Assembly: GCA_010093995.1 (NCBI GenBank) | Contig: ML992506.1 | Span: 430,832-494,831, forward strand | Source: Elsinoe ampelina | Taxonomy: Eukaryota | DNA length: 64,000 nucleotides | Reading direction: 5' to 3' | Part shown: in pieces, positions 1-10,582 of the stretch | How positions within the stretch are numbered: position 1 is the first letter of the stretch | Layout: each line of letters opens with the position of its first letter | The notes under the pieces: generated by a model | Databases searched by the model: none | The model's input: the letters and a program-made list of their open reading frames with translations, nothing else | Told to the model about the DNA's origin: nothing | Position numbers and translations under genes: made by a program

Positions 1-2528
1 CTTTCAAAGCGTGAAGAGCCGCAATGTTGGCTCTGATGGTAGTCGTTGAGGCGACATAGGTTTCGAACTGAAAGTCGATTCTCTTGCAATAGGTCTCAGA
101 ATGGGTGACCATCTGCGTGCGCAGGTCGTCCCAGTCATCATTCTCCCCCTTGAGTAGTTGGCGTATGCAATACTCTATGGTATTTGATCCTCTGTGAGCA
201 GGAAAATTTTCGAAGCAGTTGAAAGCGGTGTCAGCAATGGCGATGCGACTCCGCCAGGCAGCAGATCTACTGGGTTTCGACCTCTTGAAGCCACGAGATC
301 CATCGAGAGCAACTCTGCTGATCACCCAAGCGTGCGTTTTGGGGTGCATTGATATGTTCTTGAACGACTCCTCCGGATTGACGAGTATCGACAGCGAAAC
401 AAGAAGCGTTACAGCTTCCCGGAATGGTCGATGATCGAATCTTGGATTGTCTTTGCCAGGAAGCGAGCGGAGCAATCGAATACAGCATTGGTGAGGGGGT
501 GACATCTCTCGACCCAGGATCTTGATATCGTCGATACTGGCTGATATAAAAGCCGCATGGAATAGATCTTCGGAGATACCGTCAAAGTGAATCAACGATA
601 TAAAATCCAGCAGAGCTAGGGCATCCTTTGCAGTTTCTCCCTCGAGCGATTTGATGTAAGACACAGCAACGTCCAAAGTGTCGTCTATAGATATCGTGGG
701 TTGAGGTTGATGACTTGGAATAGAGCTGAGCGTCGTACTCGAGGACGGCGCCGGTGACAACAAAGGTCGTTCGCCAGGCAATTTCGAACTTGACATAGTA
801 TGTGCTTCTGCAGTTGCTTCGGATACCATTCCATGATATTCGTGGATCTGATAACCTCGTTGCTGAAGATATGAGCCAGCGTTGACAATGGCCAGTGGTA
901 AGTGGCCAAGTAGAGCTACAAGGTGCATGGCTTCCTGTCGTTCTTGTTGTGAAGTGGGATGGTCAGAGTCGAAGGTGTGAGCAAGGAGCAGATCGCAAGC
1001 TTCGGTCGCCTCCATCTCTTTGAGATGTAGCTTCCCAGTGATCTCAAAATCTGCTCGGAATTGACCTCGAGAAGTTATCAGGACAGTCCCTCTTGAGCTG
1101 AAAGGAAGCACCTCGGAGAAATCTATGTCTCTGTTGTCCGCATTGTCCAGAATCATCAGCCAAGGTTTGTCCAGATTAGCGATCCATTGTATCATCTCTT
1201 CAGTGTCGTCCTGGCGATCAGGAAACATTGACCGATATCCACGCTGCAGAGAGTTCTTGATCAGTAGCTCCGACGAAGCATCGATCCAGAAAACGGCGTA
1301 ATAGCTAGCAATGTCAGCAGCAGAAAGCATGTGGTTTGGCACAAAGAACGTACTGATCACGAAACTCCCATGCGTATTTGAGACATAGCGACGTCTTGCC
1401 CGAACCTCCTTGACCGAAGATTGCAAACACAAGCATGCCTCGCCGCGACTGGTCATACTCTCTTCGACAGCATTGTACGATGCGCTCAAAATCATCGTGT
1501 CTACCGGTGAACGCTTTCGGCGGAGTTCGTCTCAAGGTCCATATTTTATTGAATGGCTCCTCGCGCTGGGCGGCGACTTTTTCAGACCGCCTTACCGCAG
1601 AGCGAGGAAGGACGTAAAGTATCTCCTTCATGAATGCTGCAGCAGTGGCAGCTGCATATGGCTGCCATCGTTTGTTCTTGTGAGAGTCGGCATAATCGCA
1701 AATACCTCGAATGACCAGACAGCCAAAATTATCCATCATGCCAGCAGCCTCCATTTCCACGCATAGCAGCCCTTCCTCTTCTAGCGACTCACGATAGACC
1801 CCATTCTTGACCACGACGTTGGAAGATCCTATCAGGCCATAGAAGATACGTGGCTCGGAGGAAGGCCTCACGGCTCTTCGCACTTGCTTCTTATCATCAC
1901 ATGACGCACATGTGTCTCCGGTAGAGTGCTCGTACGATGCCTTGTACAGGATATCATTGGCAGCATCTTGATACGAATATCGATCCTTCATAGCTGGATG
2001 CCGCAGCAGCATCTCCTCGACAGCCTTTCCCAGCTTCGGACCGTTCATTTCAAACTTTGCTATCAGCGTCTCCATTGCGGTCAACAAAGCAGGTGGAGGT
2101 TTAGCCAGGTATCCAGTCCTTCGGAAAGAGCCCCCGGCTTCGATCTTACCCATGTCGAACTGAACGACGCCTGGACTTCCTGCGGTAGGCTTGCTGACGA
2201 CGACATCGCCAAGTCGTATGTCGCTGGCAGGGGATGGGATGCCACCTCCGATACCAACCAGGAGACCAAATTTGAGTGATGGAAAGTCGTTGACCAATTG
2301 AGCCGAGACGGTAGCAGCCCGATTTGTCCCAATTTCTGGCAGGACCGACACGACGACCATGTGTTCCCCTATCCGGCCTAAGATATGCCCAGAAGCTTGT
2401 CCTTGCGATTCCAGGGACGCATGCCGCTCATCGAGCATGGCGAGCACCGGGGCCAGTTCAACGCCCATAGGGCAGATGATGGCGACGGTATAGTCTCCAT
2501 AGTCCAGAGGCGCAGCTTGCGGGCCCAT
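1..2528 (-). CDS. NLR-like (STAND) protein: N-terminal PNP_UDP_1 nucleoside phosphorylase domain + NB-ARC NTPase; 3' part runs off the window
   Basis: PNP motifs (DYTVAIIC, LLVGIGGG, DIRLGDVVVS, LCVEMEAAG, IRGICDYADSHKNKRWQPYAA) and Walker A GQGGSGKT. A 49-nt intron (1353-1305, GTACGT..CTGAC..TAG) rejoins to YAVFWIDASS, PWLMILDNAD (Walker B), VLITSR, LGHLPLAI and MHPKTHAW, all in the same frame. No stop seen in the segments read. Confidence 0.9.
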
Positions 2529-2901
2529 GTCGAGGATCCGCTCGGCTGTCCGCCACAGAAGGAGGAAACGACGATCGCAATGTGGTTACCATGCTGCTGA
2601 ATGCTTCCAGCATTTCAGCTTATTTCAATTCTTTCGCAGTGATCTGACATGCATGTGAGTGGCACCATTGGAGCGTTTCGATTGGCCACTTTTTGGCTGG
2701 CTGGGTTGGAAGGTGGGTCCGATCAGCCTCGGGTGAATGCGGCTGAAGCGACGGGAGCATACAGGTGGCCCGGACAGATGGCTAAACCTCGGCTGAGCAT
2801 TCGTAGCACTACCAGCGATACATGTCATATCACTTCTCCTTGATTCACGAATCGTTGAGATATAATCTTGCACGAGACGTCGTCGCGCGGACCCTCAATC
2901 G

Positions 2902-3621
2902 CTAGAACCGACACACTCCGCCACGTAATAGACCGCTTCTGTCTAGACTGACCTTCACGCCACCCAGTCCATTGTACTCATTTTGCGACATCCCACGCCT
3001 CGAACCAGCCGCGCTCTTGAACGATCCACGACCGCCTCCTGCGTTCAGAAGAAAGCCAAGGATAGCTATGACAGCGCTCTTTGGATCTTGCACAATGCCG
3101 TACACCGCAAGACCTGCCTCCCCGGCAGTCCCGATCAAGCGCAGCGCTGACCGTAACGCCGTCAATCCCGCAGCACTGGCGGCCGCCCCGCCCACGGGGA
3201 CGAAGAAGAGGATCGCCGAGACAAAGTTCAAGATCATCTCCTCTCTTTCGCGCTTGATTATGTCGTTGGCCTGCTCGACGATCGTCTCCATACTGGCGAT
3301 GGCTTCTTCTGAGGAGGAAGCGGGTACAGACGTCGCATCCACCACATCTGAGATTGCAAGATCCGTGTCCCATTGTGCCCACATTGCCATGTTCTTGCTA
3401 CGCCTCAACATGTCCTGCGCCTTCGTTAGGGATTCGCCAACGATGATCTTGGGGTTGAAGATTTCAACATTGTCGGGATTGATCGTGGGGAAGTTCCAGA
3501 AAAAGGTGCTTTGCTTGGTTATGCAGTCCTGAACACCTGTTCCCGCGCCTGAGCAACCATTGGTGAGTATCATTAGCCTTCTGCCAGTGACGACCCAGTC
3601 TTTCGGAATGCCCCATGTCAA
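2902..3621 (-). pseudogene. Truncated C-terminal region resembling GH18 subgroup C (killer-toxin-like) chitinases; no catalytic domain
   Basis: Sequence GIPKDWV..NGC..FFWNFP..NPKIIV..REEMILNFVSAILFFVPVGG..VYGIVQDPKSA resembles, from recall, the C-terminal region of these chitinases. There is an in-frame TAG at 3630-3628 and no DxxDxDxE motif. Only ~260 bp separate it from the next gene. Confidence 0.6.
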
Positions 3622-3890
3622 TATGTGCTAGGCGGAGGCTTGCCAATGTTGTCAACATGGTGTGCATGCCTGGTCCGCACGGGCACAGCTACCACCCGTA
3701 CTCTCAATAGCATGTGGCATACGAGACTAAACAACATTGCGGAAATTGCTTGTCCAAGTTATGTTGATGGTCGACATGAGGATGAAAGACCAAATATAAG
3801 TCCAGGTGAGTAGGAAAGGCTGTAGAGAAGCAGTCTACAGAATTTACCAAGTTCAATCATCTCCTGCAGACTGTTGATATCTCTTTCAAG

Positions 3891-5733
3891 ATGTCCAATT
3901 CAAGACGGTCGAGTTATCTGACCGTTCTTCTGGGACTGCTTTCAGGGTGTCTCGCTCAAGCCAATGATCCTAGATGTACCTGGAAAACGACTGCTGGACG
4001 CGGGGCAACCTGTCAGAGCATTGCTTCCGAATGGCTTATATCGGTCGAGGAGTTCATCTCGTGGAATCCTGCAGTCGGAGTAGGCTGCGTTGATGGCGTT
4101 CAGACAGGATCCGAATATTGCGTCGAATGGACTGGCGCCTTGCCATCAAACCCAACATCGTCCGTATCCAGTACGACGTCTTCCGCATCCAGTACGACGT
4201 CTTCAACCACGATCGTCCGGCCCCCAACTACCACTATCTTGATCACATCTACGACCAATTCCCGAACCACTTTGATCACAACAACTCTAGCCCCGCCCAC
4301 GACCACGAGCAGCACACCATCCGGACCTTCTCCCACGCAACCTGGTCTGATCACCGCATGTGAGTGGGATGAGCCAAACCTGAGCTGACATGGCTAATAA
4401 TGTGAAGGCAAGACTTTCCACAAAGTAGTCTCTGGAGACACCTGCCAGATCTTAGTTGACAAGTACCGAACATTCAGTCTTGCGGATTTGTACGTGCATG
4501 CGAGGTCCATAAACAGTCGGGTCACTAATATGTTCCAGCTACAAGTGGAATCCCGATGTCGGAAGCAGTAAGCGGTTTTCAGTGAAACCGAAGACCTCAT
4601 CGCTAACTTACATGATCGCAGGCTGTGCAAGTCTCTTCCTTGATTACTATGTCTGCATCGGTATCAGTGGCGGAAACGGAGGTATCACACCGCTCCCACC
4701 TCCTCCAGCCGTATCGCCCACGATGGAGAACGTGAACAAGAACTGTACGTCCACACAGCAGGCGCAGCAAATCCAGCTGATCCATCATAGGCGCAACTTT
4801 CCACAAGGTCGTATCAGGCGACCAGTGTCAAGCACTTGCCAATGAATACAACGTACCTTTGTCCGCCTTGTAGGACTACCATATCCGGTGTGCTACTTGG
4901 TACTAACATCAATCAGCTTATCTTGGAACCCTCCTATTAACTCGGCATGTACAAATCTTTGGCTTGACTATTTCGTCTGTGTCGGTTCGAGCGTCCTTGG
5001 TGGCTTCTTTGACGCCTATGGAGGCATGGACAGTATCACGTCCATCAGCGCCTTCGAACTCGTACCTTCCAACACGGCAAATCCCCTGCGTATCTCCGGC
5101 CGTGTCCTCGGGGCCAACGCATATCCAGAGAACACATGGGTCGACTGGTTGAACACCGTCGAGTGCCAGACTGCCACTTCACCACGCCGCTTCTCCCATG
5201 ACTGCGCTACTGCTGCGTTCGTCTCTGGCGTCTCATCAGCCATCCAAGCCGTGGCAAATGATCCGGCCAAGGTCTATGGCATGAATGTTGCAGAGACAAA
5301 TGTCATTGGTCCCTTCTATCCCCGCAAGAATCAACGCAACGCATACACCGAGGATCACATCCAAGGCAAATCCTGCACTGACTGCCCGGGCCCGGCTAAT
5401 CCAAGGGTTACTACCTCATGGAAAGGATCGTTTTTGCCAGCCGGAACGGAGTACTATCTAAAGAGCAGGAGGATTAAGGTCACCTGCAAGAAAGCGTGTG
5501 GAGCGAAGGACGTGAATGTCCAGAACCTCGAAAACGTGCTACCTCTCGTCCCTGCAAAGATTAGAGAGATGAAGGGTGCCGGAGCTAACTTTTATGTCTG
5601 GCGAGCAGCCACGAGAGAGGTTGTCGGGCGCTGCAGAGTGACATATGTGCAAGGTATTTGGTTCGACAGAGTCGATGGCGGGGTAGACCAAGTGTATGGA
5701 GGTGAAGAGGCTGGTTCGTGTTTCAAGCCTTGA
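3891..5733 (+). CDS. Secreted LysM effector-like protein: signal peptide, 3 Cys-type fungal LysM modules, S/T/P linkers and a ~245-aa unknown C-terminal domain
   Basis: Exons 3891-4359, 4408-4489, 4539-4567, 4622-4744, 4791-4869 and 4917-5733 splice in frame. They give three C-x-(H/T)xVxxGxTC...F.SWNP..C..L....YVC modules after a hydrophobic N-terminal signal. Confidence 0.88.
4161..4204 (+). repeat. 21-bp tandem duplication in the LysM linker (SVSSTTS / SASSTTS)
   Basis: tccgtatccagtacgacgtct followed by tccgcatccagtacgacgtct (1 mismatch). Confidence 0.8.
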
Positions 5734-5942
5734 ATGACGGCGACCGAAGGGTAGTGTTGTTCCTCTTTGTAATATATCCATTGCCCTAGAATACGTTTGC
5801 TTTGACCAGAAGGAGTATTCCTACTGGTAGTTTCTGGCAAAAATTCAGTCGCTCAAGTAGATCCTTTAGGAAATTGGTTGGGATAATGTCATTTGAAAGA
5901 ACAAATGGCCAATGTCGAGCTACGCAACCAGAGAATACAACA

Positions 5943-6635
5943 TCATAGCCATCGACGAGTCTCGGCAGCGGTAGGGAGTCTTTGGTAATCCCATGCACAC
6001 TTCTCAACCCTGACCAGTTCTTCGGGATAGCCACTGCCAGTCTCGCCATGTTGTGCATATGTGTCCTCAGTTGCTTCCATGCGCTCAACGTCCCTCCAAG
6101 TCATCATGTCTCCATCAATGGGGTCGACGATCCAGGTGATGTCCAAATCGCAAGGAAAGCGAGGCTTGTATTCGAGGTTCATCCCACACATTCCCCTAAG
6201 GCTGACCAAGTGCAGTTCTTCAAGGTTGATGAAGTAGCCCAGATCATGATATTCATCGCGGGACCAATACTCGTTCTCTTCGTCGTCGCGCGCGAGTCTC
6301 AAACGCTTGATGCGACTGTAGTATTCCTCGAAATGGACCAGTTCCGTCGTGCCGATGGAGATCATGTCGGTGTCGAAATTGACCCAGACATACCGAGGGT
6401 CTTCCGTGTCAGCAAACTCCATGAACTCCTGCGAATATAATCCTAGATGTCGAGCCTCTGCGCATGCTTGAAGAGATGGCGGGGCTGCGGTAGTCGAATG
6501 CAGGTATGTGCCTGGCTGTGACAGAGAGCTGCTGCGGTGCGCTCTCACTTCGACGATTCGAGGCTCAATGGAAAACCACCAGATTTTGGCACGGATCTCA
6601 AAGGGTAGCCGTGCAAAAGAGTAGAAGGTCGCCAT
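5943..6635 (-). CDS. 2EXR-family protein
   Basis: N-terminal FYSFARLPFEIRAKIW, PRIVEV, LQACAEAR and YVWVNFDTD match the fungal 2EXR domain pattern. Intact 230-aa ORF. Confidence 0.8.
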   Translation of the reverse strand: MATFYSFARLPFEIRAKIWWFSIEPRIVEVRAHRSSSLSQPGTYLHSTTAAPPSLQACAEARHLGLYSQEFMEFADTEDPRYVWVNFDTDMISIGTTELVHFEEYYSRIKRLRLARDDEENEYWSRDEYHDLGYFINLEELHLVSLRGMCGMNLEYKPRFPCDLDITWIVDPIDGDMMTWRDVERMEATEDTYAQHGETGSGYPEELVRVEKCAWDYQRLPTAAETRRWL

Positions 6636-6906
6636 GATTGCTGTTAATCGAACAGCCAGGGAGGAGTAGTGAAGATAGTAGTTGACTTTTTATCATGCCC
6701 ACGCCGCAGTGCAGCGTACATACCAATGCCGTCAAAAGGTCAATTCCAGGGCAATGGTCTCCAGCTTGTTGCGTTGGATATTGCAACGCTTGTTCGACTT
6801 AATTTACGGCCGGCACGACACCACTTTTCCTTTGGATGCGGCGTCGGGGCACGTGATGGAATGTGAACAAACAACTGTTGGGTGGTGGTGCGTGCACCCA
6901 ACCCGG

Positions 6907-8644
6907 TATTCTCTGTTGCAAAAGGGCTGGGATTTCCTTGGCAAAATCGAGTCTGAATTTCTTAACAAACAAAAGTTCAAATTTGTCCCTTTTCTAGAAT
7001 AACTAAAGATATAGACTAGCTAGAAATCTCTACTAAGCTATTATAGATATAGTAGTATATATAGTATAGATTAGGCTATTTCTAGCTATAATATATCTAG
7101 TTATTAGCTAGTTATAGAAGAATTAATAGATTTTAGTTAGTTTCTATACTATCTTATATAATAGACTAAATAGACTAGATATTAATAATATAGTACTATA
7201 TATAGAGTATATAGAAGTAGTACTACTTATATATATATTAATTTAAGCTTTATAGCTTATATATAGCTTACTATAAAGTAAAGATTTTTAGAAGATTTTT
7301 TAAAATTCTAACTAAGATACTAAGCTAAAACAATTATATAAAAACTTAGACTAAGCTACTATAGCTAAGACTACTAATAAAGTATCAAATATAGAAAGAA
7401 CTATATATATATATATTAAATAGAGCTTAATAAAACTATTCTAGTTAGTTCTATTTAAAAATTTAATTTTAGATACTTAATATAGTACTTTAACTATATT
7501 AAACTAGTATAACTTAATATTCTTAAATATTATAAGTAGCTTAAAGCTAGAATTTAAAAATTTAATCTTAATATAGCTTATCTAGCTTATAAGAGTCTTT
7601 ATAAAAAGATAAATTTTCTTACTATTTTACTACTTATAACTAGATTAATAAGCTAGATATTAGACTAAGATATTTATAATAGTAAGTTTTATATATTAAG
7701 ACTTATATAAGATTTAAATATTCTCTATTAGTAATATAAATAATAAAATATAGTAGTATAAAATTAAAGAAATTTAAAAAATCTTAGTTTTTAACTCTTA
7801 ATAACTTAATAAATATATTAAATATTATATTTATTTAACTTAGTATATAATATTTAATATATAATCTAACTATAATATAGATTTTAGCTTTATATCTATC
7901 TAAATAACTAAGCTATAAGTAGTTAAAACTAGTAAGATTAGATAATTTCTTTTAGACTAGTAAAAGCTATATAAGCTATAATAGTCTTTAATTTTTCTAT
8001 TATAGTCTTTTAATACTTATATATTATAATTTTAATAATATAGTTAGCTTAATATATCTATATTACTAAGATAAATAAAAGATTTAGTATTTTAAAATTT
8101 AATTAGCTAAATTAGTTATATTAGATCTTATAGAAAGGATTTATAAATAAATCTTATATATTTAGCTATATTACTAGCTACTTTAGCTATTATAGTTTAA
8201 TTTAACTTTCTATCTTATTATTCTAACTTAATATTTTAATTAGAACTTTAAGAAAACTTTTAAAAGTCTTTACTTTATAGCTAACTATATATAAGCTATA
8301 AAGCTTAAATTAATATATATATAAGTAGTACTACTTCTATATACTCTATATATAGTACTATATTATTAATATCTAGTCTATTTAGTCTATTATATAAGAT
8401 AGTATAGAAACTAACTAAAATCTATTAATTCTTCTATAACTAGCTAATAACTAGATATATTATAGCTAGAAATAGCCTAATCTATACTATATATGCTACT
8501 ATACCTATATTAGGTTAGTATATACTATTAATAAGCTTAGTTATTTAAATATCTACGAAAAGAGCAATTTTAGTACTTTGTTTTGTTAAGAAATTCAAGC
8601 TTAATTTTGCCAAGAAAATCCCAGCCCTTTTGCAAAGGAGAATA
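6907..8644. mobile_element. RIP-degenerated, non-autonomous foldback/TIR DNA-transposon remnant (possibly Tc1/mariner-like, TA-flanked)
   Basis: A ~70-bp terminal inverted repeat (TATTCTCtgTTGCAAAAGGGCTGGGATTTcCTTGGCAAAAT.. from 6907) matches the reverse complement ending at 8644. TA sits at both ends. The interior is extremely AT-rich, TpA-rich and almost free of CpA/TpG, with no ORFs. Confidence 0.8.
7057..8494. repeat. Perfect 210-bp inverted repeat (7057-7266 / 8285-8494) inside a longer imperfect palindrome
   Basis: Checked in 10-bp blocks with no mismatches between 7057 and 7266. The first mismatches are at 7056/8495 and 7267/8284. Confidence 0.95.
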
Positions 8645-9258
8645 TACTCGATACCCTTTCGCCACATTGAGCCAACGCCACTAATTACACTGTCCCATAG
8701 TCTGACATTTTAACCGATTCTGTGCCCGGAAAACTCAACACGACTTGGCTGGTGGCTCGCTTGTGTGGACAAAGACAGCTCCATATGGTCGGTTGCTCCC
8801 GAGGTCAATGTCTCCTTGTGTTGGGCTTCCACTCTCTTCTCCATCCTCACCTAGTGAGCAGGCCAAAGACGATCGCATCACAGCTAGGGTAGAGAAGAGC
8901 ACCACCGCTACTGTAGCCACTTCCGTAGCATCCAGCTAATCCCCCATCGAACTGGATTAGTGGAGAGCGAGATGGATCTCACCGGTCGAAATGTAAAGAA
9001 GGCATATACCAGTGCGATACAGAAGCGAGACCGACGCCATTCACACCTGTGCCGTTCGACATTTATCCTTTGTATTTTAGCTGTAATGCAAGTCCGAAGA
9101 CAGTATCCTGTGCTGCGTTGCTCACGGTAAGGCCCTCAGCCACTCGTTAGCGCTGACTCTCTAGGCACCATCCGTCATTCCAAACGACCTGTTTATATTC
9201 CCTACAGTCTATCATGCGTCTCTGTGCATCCTTTGGCACTTTTTCTCTCCTATTCACT

Positions 9259-10325
9259 ATGTTTCCCAGAATCGTTGCACTGATCTGCGCGGCAACAGCC
9301 ATCTCAGCTCGTGCTGCGGTCATAACAAGACAGAGCGAGCAACGTCCGCTACAGACGATCTTCCAATTTCCCGACCAACACTGGATCGAAAACCTGGTAG
9401 GCCCCCTCAAACCCCTGTGGCAGAATAATGTCCTAATACCAACCAGGCAGTCAGACGAAATGGTGATCTCCTCGCCAACGATCTCGGTCAATACAGGACA
9501 TATCTCGTCGATCCAACTCAGCTCGGTGTAGAGCCAAAGACTCTTTACCAATTCCCTCAAGGCACAATATTGACCGGCATCGCCGAAGTCGAGGAGGACG
9601 TCTTTTATGTGTCCGCCCAGCAAGGCTATATCTACACTTTCTCCATCCAGCCCAATGCCTCTACCATCTACAAAATTGACCTCAGATCTTATGCTCGCAC
9701 CCATAAGCCGCTGGTCAGCAAGTTGGTCGACATACCTTCAGCTCAATTTCTGAACGGCATGACCTTGCTCAACCGTCGTGACGGGACTCTTTTACTTTCC
9801 GACTCTCAGCAAGGGGTCATCTATCGCTTGAACACCCGCACCAGGGAGTACGAAATCGTGGTCGACGACCCATACCTCAAAGGTCCCTCGGCCTTTCCCG
9901 GCTTCGGTGTGAACGGTATCCGAGTCTCTGGCAATCAACTCTACATCGCCAACGTTGGCTTCGGACGAATCGCTCGAGCACCAGTCTCCCTACGCACTGG
10001 CCGTCTCACAGGCCCTATCACCATCATCTCAGACCAAGTCAGCAACGCCGACGATTTCGCCGTCGACGAAAGAGACGGCTCGGTGTTCCTTGCTAGGAAT
10101 ACAGCCAGGACCTTGTCGAGAGTTTTCCTTGACGGCAGAGTTGAGACTGTTGCCGGGAGCCCGAACTCGACTGAGCTTATTGGTCCTGTGGCGGCTGTCT
10201 TGGGTAGGGGCAAGAGTAAGGGCAAGCTTATAGTGTCGACTGACGGCGTGACTACGGATGCGAGTGGGGTACCACTCACGACGGCCGGGAAGATTGTGAG
10301 CTTGGATGTGAGGGATTGCTTGTGA
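9259..10325 (+). CDS. Secreted six-bladed beta-propeller protein (SMP-30/gluconolactonase-like)
   Basis: Signal peptide MFPRIVALICAATAISA. WIENL|AVRRNGDLL is joined by an intron at 9397-9446. Motifs FLNGMT, LLLSDS, GVNGIR, ADDFAVD and GPVAAVLGR. Confidence 0.8.
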
Positions 10326-10582
10326 GAGAGGGGGTCTCTCTCTGACCTTTGCTGATCGTTTGGTCGCCTTCAGGCGATGTATTTGCTATCAGTCGTCGTC
10401 AGCTTCTCGGTTGTTTGCCATTTCTGGTGTGTTGCTGCATTTTGACCTTCGAGGAGAGCAGGAGTGGACGATTCAAGTGAGGTGCGCAAGTCATCATTTC
10501 GTTAAACACTCGTAGCTAGTTAATAATCGTTATTGTCCAACCAACATCATCTGGAAAGACTGGGACTTTCCCTCTGCGTCGT

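Noticed and set aside
7000..8550. Recoverable transposase in the element
   Set aside because: I could not reconstruct a convincing DDE motif by eye, so the superfamily assignment remains tentative.
6980..8570. AT-rich island as a centromere, telomere, CRISPR array or organellar insertion
   Set aside because: It is only 1.7 kb, has TIR boundaries and a RIP-like dinucleotide pattern, and shows no telomeric repeats, repeat-spacer periodicity or organellar gene traces.
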